A DNA stretch of 64,000 nt, from NCBI GenBank assembly GCA_964519305.1, contig CAZFHY010000012.1, positions 1,003-65,002 on the forward strand, in the 5' to 3' direction. The notes beneath the pieces are model-generated. The model was not told the DNA's origin. It did not search any database and worked only from the letters and a program-made list of their open reading frames with translations. Shown piece by piece: positions 58,123 through 64,000 of this stretch. The DNA comes from Candidatus Undinarchaeota archaeon. GTDB lineage: Archaea > SpSt-1190 > JASMDC01. How positions within the stretch are numbered: position 1 is the first letter of the stretch; each line of letters starts with the position of its first letter. Made by a program: the position numbers and the translations under genes.

Positions 58123-58734
58123 TTACCCTCCGAACTCTTCTACGGGTACTTCGTACTCGACATCCGGGGGAAGGGTTCCACGCTCGATGAGCATCTCCTT
58201 TGCGATGATCCAGTAGACCAGCCCGAGCGACTTCCGCCCCTTGTTGTTGGAGGGGATGATGAGGTCTATGTTCTCCTTTATGTGGTTGGTATCGCAGAGA
58301 GAGACGATGGGGACACCGACCTCCATAGCCTCAGTGATACACTGCTTGTCAGCGATCGGATCGTTGACGAACACGACCCTAGGCTCAATGTACTTCTCGT
58401 AGGCGGGATTGGTAAGGGTCCCGGGCATGAACCGTCCGATACAGGGGGTACAACCCGTGGCCTCAGCGAACTTGCGGACCGGTTTCTTGGCGATCTCACG
58501 GGCGGCCACGACAAGAACCTCGCTCGGATCGTACCGGGATAGGAACCGGGAGACGACCCGCAGGCGCTCGTCGATCTTCTGGATGTTCATCACGGCCAGA
58601 CCGTCAGGACGGAGCTTGTAAATGAACTCGCTCATATCCTTCATCTTCTGGCGGGTGCCGATGTGTACGCCACTGACAAGGTACTTCTCCAACGGCACAA
58701 GTTTCCTTTGCCTACTCATCGCCAAGCCCACCAC
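58123..58734 (-). CDS. rps2: 30S ribosomal protein uS2
   Basis: High similarity to archaeal S2 throughout (e.g. LVSGVHIGTR, PDGLAVMNIQKIDERL, DPIADKQCITEA, IPSNNKGRKSLGLVYW). Confidence 0.9.
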   Translation of the reverse strand: MVGLAMSRQRKLVPLEKYLVSGVHIGTRQKMKDMSEFIYKLRPDGLAVMNIQKIDERLRVVSRFLSRYDPSEVLVVAAREIAKKPVRKFAEATGCTPCIGRFMPGTLTNPAYEKYIEPRVVFVNDPIADKQCITEAMEVGVPIVSLCDTNHIKENIDLIIPSNNKGRKSLGLVYWIIAKEMLIERGTLPPDVEYEVPVEEFGG

Positions 58735-59508
58735 CTAGGTTTTTTTAAACCTTGCTACGGCGGTGAGGACACCATCACTGAGCGTCGGAACAGTCCTCTT
58801 CGCGAGCGCTATGGCCTGTGATACCTTATCGGGCGAGAGCGGGCCCCGGCCACCGGCCGAGACCTGCGCAATAGCGCCGTCCGGCAGGAAGGTAACGCGG
58901 ACCTTGGCGTCGGTCACTGCTTCTTCCTCCCGGGTGAGGTCGGCCACGAGCTTCCCGTCCACCAGGCCAAGTGTGCAGGTGACGGGCAATCCGTCCACCA
59001 TCAGTGGGCCGACCCGCTCGTCCCGGACCACCCTCCCGCTGTCAAAGCGCGGCATCCGCGCTGAGGCAAGAGCCGCAACCGATGCCAACACACAGGCGTC
59101 GACCAGAGAACCGTCATCGTTGATGCAGCGTACGTCGAGCTGCACGTGCCACACCGTCCGTCCGGGCTCGATGCACAGACGCATGAGATCAATGGCCTCA
59201 GCATCGCGAAGCGCACGCTCCACGGCCCGGGCAAGAGGAGCATTATCCTTGCCAGCATGGACAAGTAGCACCCCCTCCACAGGATGGTCCGCCACGGGTG
59301 GAGCGGCCTCGAGCCGGACACCGGCAATGACATGGGTCCTCCCTAAGAAGACCTGAGCGGAGCCCTCGGCCACCGGTGCCACGTCGCACATGACCTTCAC
59401 AGGACGGACATCGCCCATGCCCCTGCCATCGAACCGCTGACCGTTCGCCAGAAGGCGTCGTACAGTCCGACGGACCATAGTGCAATCCACCAATCGGGCA
59501 GGCATCAT
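58735..59508 (-). CDS. rrp42: exosome complex component Rrp42 (RNase PH-like, non-catalytic)
   Basis: RNase PH fold blocks (DGRGMGDVRPVKV...GSAQV), a length of about 257 aa, and a position directly downstream of rrp41. Confidence 0.8.
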   Translation of the reverse strand: MMPARLVDCTMVRRTVRRLLANGQRFDGRGMGDVRPVKVMCDVAPVAEGSAQVFLGRTHVIAGVRLEAAPPVADHPVEGVLLVHAGKDNAPLARAVERALRDAEAIDLMRLCIEPGRTVWHVQLDVRCINDDGSLVDACVLASVAALASARMPRFDSGRVVRDERVGPLMVDGLPVTCTLGLVDGKLVADLTREEEAVTDAKVRVTFLPDGAIAQVSAGGRGPLSPDKVSQAIALAKRTVPTLSDGVLTAVARFKKT

Positions 59509-60227
59509 TTGTCCTCACCTCTGGGCTCGTACCGACGGAGGAACGAGTCGGTCATTAGGTCACGGACAGAACCCATACCGCGTGCTGCGAGGCCTAGAGC
59601 GCTCTCGAGCTCGACCGGCGAGTGCCTGCCGTTGGCGAAGAGAAGGACCAGGTCCCCTCCATGACATGTGAAGCATGCGGTTATCGTGGATGACGCCCAT
59701 GTAGCCTCGATCTCCGACGGGTCCAGGGCGATGAACCGCTTCCCTTGTGCATCATGGATTATGACCACGTCAAGGGCGGCCACCAGATCGCGCATGGGCA
59801 CGCCTGCGTCCGCCAGTGCAAGAGAGGCTGCGGTGAGTGCTGTTGCGAGAACGCTGGCACCAGAGGCCACGAGCTGGATGTGTACATCGACGACACAGCC
59901 GGGGAGGTCTTCGAAGAGCACCAGTGTGCTCAAGGCATCCTCCATCCGTTCGGTGAGATCGTCATGTTGTACAGGACCGATGAACGATGGCATATCGATC
60001 GTGCACCTGACGGTCTTGAGATCATCTTCATTCTCTTGAGGCTCATGCGGTCCGTTGACCGTGACGAGCACCTTCGTACCGCATCGCTCGACCTTGGCGG
60101 ATCCGTCGACCCGGGGTATTATCCCGGTCTCGGCCACAGCAGAGCTCATCGCATCGAGGGCTCGGCCATCGAGCCGTCTACCGTCGACGTAAAGGCTCTC
60201 AGCTCGCCTACGCATCACGGCGTGCAC
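59505..60227 (-). CDS. rrp41: exosome complex exonuclease Rrp41 (RNase PH-like, catalytic)
   Basis: DGRRLDGRALDAMSSA..., RVDGSAKVERCGTKVLVTVNGPHEP; about 240 aa. Confidence 0.85.
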   Translation of the reverse strand: MHAVMRRRAESLYVDGRRLDGRALDAMSSAVAETGIIPRVDGSAKVERCGTKVLVTVNGPHEPQENEDDLKTVRCTIDMPSFIGPVQHDDLTERMEDALSTLVLFEDLPGCVVDVHIQLVASGASVLATALTAASLALADAGVPMRDLVAALDVVIIHDAQGKRFIALDPSEIEATWASSTITACFTCHGGDLVLLFANGRHSPVELESALGLAARGMGSVRDLMTDSFLRRYEPRGEDK

Positions 60228-60891
60228 CCTCCAGGAAACCCCGAACTGAGTCTGTCAATCCGCGGGTGTGAACATTCGCCTCGACGAGCCCTACGGCCCG
60301 TGCGGCCAGTAGCTGAGCACCGGGTGCCCCCTGAATCAGGACACGTCCGTTGAGACCGACGATGATGGTGCAGCCGGTCAGCTCACGGATCATGCCCACC
60401 ATGCTCCCACTTCGCCCGATGAGGCGGGCGACCTTGGGTGCCGGTATGTCGATGAGGATCCCCTCGGAGATAGGGCCGTGGTCCGTTCCACCTATATCGA
60501 GCATCGCATGCTTTTCCTCGTCCATACCGCCCACGGCCGCGAGCACTGCGTCACCCTTCCGCCAGCCACGCTCCGGTCTCCGGGTATCGCCCTCCTTCAG
60601 CTCCAGGTCCGCGGACCATGGGGCCTTGATATCGACCTCTATCCATGTTCCGCGCACGGCCGTGACGATACCGATGATAAGATCGCCCTTGGACGGTTGG
60701 TAGAGGCCTCCCAGAGGGATGACACCCACATCGCCACCGCGCACCGAGGCCAGACCTACGACCGTGGATAAGAGCGAATCTCCATCGAGCCGGGTGCCGG
60801 GAGAGACTCGTCCCTCCACACCCGATGACAGAGGTGTGCCGGGAACGACAAGCTGCCGAGGTTTCACAAGGATGCGGGCCATCGAAGTCAC
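60208..60891 (-). CDS. rrp4: exosome RNA-binding protein Rrp4 (S1 + KH domains)
   Basis: VVPGTPL N-terminus, S1-like GDLIIGIVTAVRGTWIEVDI, and KH-like ARLIGRSGSMVGMIRELTGCTIIVG. Confidence 0.8.
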   Translation of the reverse strand: MTSMARILVKPRQLVVPGTPLSSGVEGRVSPGTRLDGDSLLSTVVGLASVRGGDVGVIPLGGLYQPSKGDLIIGIVTAVRGTWIEVDIKAPWSADLELKEGDTRRPERGWRKGDAVLAAVGGMDEEKHAMLDIGGTDHGPISEGILIDIPAPKVARLIGRSGSMVGMIRELTGCTIIVGLNGRVLIQGAPGAQLLAARAVGLVEANVHTRGLTDSVRGFLEGARRDA

Positions 60892-60897
60892 CAGGGA

Positions 60898-61602
60898 TCA
60901 GGGGAAATGCTCCAGCACGCGCGTCTCGGCCTCGCCGTGCGTGATACCGGCGAGCTTACCGAAGAACTCGTCCTGCATCCCCGCTGGGATCTCCACCACG
61001 GCGACCCATGATCCGTCCTTAAGCCACTGGTCCTGCTTCATCTCGCCGAAGGTACGGACCTCTCGCTGAGCGTGACTTGCATAGCTCGGAGGGATCTTCA
61101 GCGCGATGATTCGCTTCTCGAACTTGAGGGGCAGGAGCGGTCTTAGCACCTTGACAACATCGGCCATCTGCTGCTCGGCGTCCTTGAAGATATCGCAGTG
61201 CACCTTTGCCTCTTCCATAGCACGCTCGATGCGAACCACAGGGTGCGGAGTACCTGTCTGTGGATTGATCGCATTACGGGATATGAGAGCTGCTACCTGC
61301 TTGAACTTCTCCTCCGCCATGTGACGCTTCTGCTCGGTGGTGAGCTGGATCTGACCCTTGTCGAGTATCTTCTTTGCGACCTCGAACGTATCGGTGGTCT
61401 CGAACACCTTCAACAGCGATTCCTCGCCGCACCGGTCTCCACTATGAGCGTCCTTGAACACGTCCTGTGCTGCCAGGAGCTTATCGAAATCGACCTTCTT
61501 GCCCTCCTTGTACTCCCGAGCAACATCGGGGTCCACGAGTATCTCGAAGGTCGATCCGAACTTCTGGAGCCGGGCGATTACTGCCCGATCGACATCGACC
61601 AC
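60898..61602 (-). CDS. sdo1: ribosome maturation protein SBDS/Sdo1
   Basis: N-terminal FYSH-domain pattern ARLQKFGSTFEILVDPDVAREYKEG; about 234 aa. Confidence 0.85.
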   Translation of the reverse strand: MVDVDRAVIARLQKFGSTFEILVDPDVAREYKEGKKVDFDKLLAAQDVFKDAHSGDRCGEESLLKVFETTDTFEVAKKILDKGQIQLTTEQKRHMAEEKFKQVAALISRNAINPQTGTPHPVVRIERAMEEAKVHCDIFKDAEQQMADVVKVLRPLLPLKFEKRIIALKIPPSYASHAQREVRTFGEMKQDQWLKDGSWVAVVEIPAGMQDEFFGKLAGITHGEAETRVLEHFP

Positions 61603-61615
61603 GCTGGTCGCCTCC

Positions 61616-62359
61616 TTAGTCCTTGTCCTTTTCGGGCTCGAGCTTCTTGAGGTGCTTGAGGAGCCGGCCCTTCTCCAGTTTGGTGAACTTCCGGTCCTTG
61701 GTGGTGATCACACCGGCCTCGATCTTCTCGGGCTCGATCGGCTCCTTCATGATGCGCTGGAGCGCCTTGAACACCAGACCAATTCCCTTGTCGATGGAGA
61801 TGTCGTCCTTGTAGTTGTCCTTGAGGAACTCAAGGACCTCTTTGCGACCCTCCCCCACAGCAGTAGCCTTCCACTCGGTAGGCGTACCGCTGGGATCGGT
61901 CTCGAAGAGACGGGGTCCGGACTCATCCACACCTGCAATAAGAAGGGATACACCAAAAGGCCTGAGCCCTCCGTACTGTGTGAAAAGCTGCTTGATGTCG
62001 CAGATGCGCTTGACCAAAGAGGCGATCTCGATGGCCTCGTCGAACACGATGTGGTTGCGTTGGGATTCGAGGCGCGCGTCATCCACGAGCTTGCGCCCAT
62101 CGGCCACAAGTCCGGAGGTGGCGACTCCAACATGGTCGTCCACTTCGAAGATCTTCTCGACGAAGCTGTGGACCATGAGCACATTGGAGATGCGCTTGTC
62201 CGCCGCGAGCACGACCCCGTCCTTGCAGACGATGCCGATGGCCGTGGCGCCCCTCCGCACCGCTTCCATGGCGTACTGGACCTGGAAGAGGCGTCCGTCC
62301 GGAGAGAAGACGGTACTCGCACGATCATATCCCATCATTTCAGGAGTCATTAGTTCCAT
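61616..62359 (-). CDS. psmA: proteasome subunit alpha
   Basis: GYDRASTVFSPDGRLFQVQYAMEAV N-terminal signature of 20S alpha subunits. Confidence 0.9.
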   Translation of the reverse strand: MELMTPEMMGYDRASTVFSPDGRLFQVQYAMEAVRRGATAIGIVCKDGVVLAADKRISNVLMVHSFVEKIFEVDDHVGVATSGLVADGRKLVDDARLESQRNHIVFDEAIEIASLVKRICDIKQLFTQYGGLRPFGVSLLIAGVDESGPRLFETDPSGTPTEWKATAVGEGRKEVLEFLKDNYKDDISIDKGIGLVFKALQRIMKEPIEPEKIEAGVITTKDRKFTKLEKGRLLKHLKKLEPEKDKD

Positions 62360-62726
62360 TCATATCACCCGTGAACTTTTGCGTTGCTGTGCTGATCGAA
62401 CCGGAGACGCCCAGAGTATCGATGCGGACCCGTGCATCGCCGATCTTGGTCACGAGGGCCAGAGAGGCCCTGACCTGATCGACCCGTTCATGCACACAGC
62501 GGACGAGCCCATGTCCGGTCACAGGATCGTACCGGTCCTTCATGACCCACATGCCGGCCTGGGCCGCCCCATGGTCGCCGAGAAATGACCGGACGGATGA
62601 CCGGATGGCCCTGTCCACATCGTTGAACCCTGGGGTAGGGTTCCCGGCTGGCCAAACTTGGTACACTATATATCTCTTTCGTTTTCGCAAATGCGCCGGC
62701 AATCGCCGCTTAGTCTTTTCGTTCAT
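62340..62726 (-). CDS. rnp2: RNase P protein component Pop5 (Rpp14)
   Basis: RYIVYQV...VRCVHERVDQVRASLALVTKIGD pattern, and its position between rpp30 and psmA in the conserved superoperon. Confidence 0.7.
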   Translation of the reverse strand: MNEKTKRRLPAHLRKRKRYIVYQVWPAGNPTPGFNDVDRAIRSSVRSFLGDHGAAQAGMWVMKDRYDPVTGHGLVRCVHERVDQVRASLALVTKIGDARVRIDTLGVSGSISTATQKFTGDMNGTNDS

Positions 62727-63439
62727 TCGATCACCCGCACCCCTGGCGCGATGATGCGCTCGTCCTGTCGGTCCAGTGCCCTTTTCACGACCTTACATGG
62801 CACAGTGCTAACAGCATCCAGTGCGTCCTCATTATCCATCCCGAGGCAGGTGGCGAACGCGGCAAGGTCCTGTGGCACACGAAGACCGAGCATATCGACG
62901 GCACCGCTCGAAAGCACTAACTGGGCATCGAACGCGTCTGCATATTCGACGAGCTCTGCTAGCCGTCGGAGGAGACCGATCCTGCCACCTGTGGGTGCGA
63001 TCACGTCAGCGAACGAGAGCTCCAACGCCACACCGTTCCGGGCAGCGGCCTCCGCTACTACCTTGTCAACGCCCGAATCACGCCTGCCACGATAAGGGGC
63101 ACGGAGCACATCCGTCCCGCGCGACTCGACCGCGTACTTGTTTATCGCCAGGTCACCGCCCAGCACCGCGACCATGTCAGCGAGCTTCCTCGCCCGGCCG
63201 AGGAGGCCGTGGAGACTGCCCTTGGAGCCACCGATCACGTCGAGCTCGGCGCCGATGAGCGTCCCTTCACCGAGGTCCTGGTCCTTGAGCGACCTTAGGA
63301 GCGCCAGCCCTTCCTTTCCACGGACCGGTACGTTGAGGCACACGCGGTGAAAGCCTATGCGCTTGGCCTCGGCGACGAGCTGCCTGGCATCCTCGGTAGT
63401 TCCGGGGTACCGGAGGCCGATGTCGTGGAAGCGGCGCAT
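62723..63439 (-). CDS. rnp3: RNase P protein component Rpp30 (TIM-barrel, PHP-like)
   Basis: FHDIGL..., GFHRVCLNV, AVLGGDL.INKYAVESRGTDVL blocks. Start taken at the internal ATG (MRRFHDIGL). Confidence 0.75.
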   Translation of the reverse strand: MRRFHDIGLRYPGTTEDARQLVAEAKRIGFHRVCLNVPVRGKEGLALLRSLKDQDLGEGTLIGAELDVIGGSKGSLHGLLGRARKLADMVAVLGGDLAINKYAVESRGTDVLRAPYRGRRDSGVDKVVAEAAARNGVALELSFADVIAPTGGRIGLLRRLAELVEYADAFDAQLVLSSGAVDMLGLRVPQDLAAFATCLGMDNEDALDAVSTVPCKVVKRALDRQDERIIAPGVRVIE

Positions 63440-63499
63440 CGGGCGGGGTTGGGGAACACTCCTTAAATGCCTTTGCACGGGACGCGGTATTACCACGGT

Positions 63500-63570
63500 T
63501 TATATAGTACCTTGCATCCCAATGCAAAGGTATATATAGTACCTTGTACTACAAGGTACTGTGCATTCAA
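63500..63570. promoter_or_regulatory. divergent promoter/operator region with duplicated TATA-like box and two palindromes
   Basis: Direct repeat tatatagtaccttg (63502 and 63534). Palindromes TTGCAT-ccca-ATGCAA and GTACCTTGTA-c-TACAAGGTAC immediately upstream of padR. Confidence 0.45.
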
Positions 63571-63595
63571 CAAACCTTCATGAGGTGATGATATC

Positions 63596-63916
63596 ATGAA
63601 CATCCAGTTCAAGAAAGGCGTACTGGAGCTCTGCGTGCTCGCCCAGCTGACGCGTAAGGACTGCTACGGCTACGAGCTAGTGGCCGAGATCTCCAAGAAC
63701 ATAGCCATCTCGGAGGGCACTATCTACCCCCTTCTCCGCCGGTTGAAGAACGACGGCTACGTCACCACCTACCTCCAGGAATCCCAGGAGGGACCGCCCC
63801 GTAAGTACTACAAGCTGACATCAGAAGGGAAGACTATGAAGGACGAGCTCACAGACGAGTGGCTGACCTTCGTCGAGCGTGTGAACCACTTCCTGGAGGG
63901 AACCAGGAATGAATAG
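63596..63916 (+). CDS. PadR-family transcriptional regulator
   Basis: [25 protein letters not shown]...[18 protein letters not shown]...PPRKYYKLT is the canonical PadR wHTH signature. Confidence 0.8.
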   Translation: MNIQFKKGVLELCVLAQLTRKDCYGYELVAEISKNIAISEGTIYPLLRRLKNDGYVTTYLQESQEGPPRKYYKLTSEGKTMKDELTDEWLTFVERVNHFLEGTRNE

Positions 63917-64000
63917 GAAGGAGTACATCAGAACTCTACGGAGGTATTTGCGAGGCGTCCCCAAGGACGAGCTCGAGGACATCCTCGATGACTACCGGGA
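63913..64000 (+). CDS. partial ORF overlapping the padR stop ([30 protein letters not shown]...), truncated at the window end
   Basis: Open frame running to the window edge; it is often a PadR-associated membrane protein gene, but this cannot be assessed. Confidence 0.3.
   Translation, partial: MGRSTSELYGGICEASPRTSSRTSSMTTG

Overview
This is a high-GC (roughly 60%) archaeal chromosomal segment. Archaeal identity is supported by aRF1, archaeal-type TyrRS and GluRS, a DnaG-type primase, the Rpp30-Pop5-PsmA-SBDS-Rrp4-Rrp41-Rrp42-uS2 superoperon, eL41 and QueC. The lineage looks euryarchaeal, possibly Thermoplasmatota- or Methanomassiliicoccales-like; that is a guess, not a measurement. The ORF track marks GTG and TTG starts as M, and several true starts are internal to the listed ORFs. 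Many long Ser/Arg/Pro-rich ORFs are antisense artefacts of the high GC content.

The window is a mix of housekeeping genes and accessory or surface-associated genes:
- A Tad-like secretion or pilus module at the left edge (CpaF/TadA-like ATPase plus two T2SSF-domain membrane proteins), diverging from a HEAT-repeat gene.
- A NifU / tandem-Rieske lipoprotein / CcdA-like cluster.
- Two paralogous two-gene cassettes flanking a ferredoxin-flavodoxin fusion.
- A 1117-aa protein with a class-Ia aaRS anticodon-binding-like N-domain followed by six tandem EVE/PUA-like modules of about 147 aa each. This is the most unusual feature.
- tRNA-Arg(GCG) followed by a duplicated AT-rich module carrying two small paralogous ORFs with their own promoters and terminators.
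- A surface-protein island (DUF1566, transglutaminase-like lipoprotein, beta-propellers).

No CRISPR array, integrase or rRNA gene was seen.
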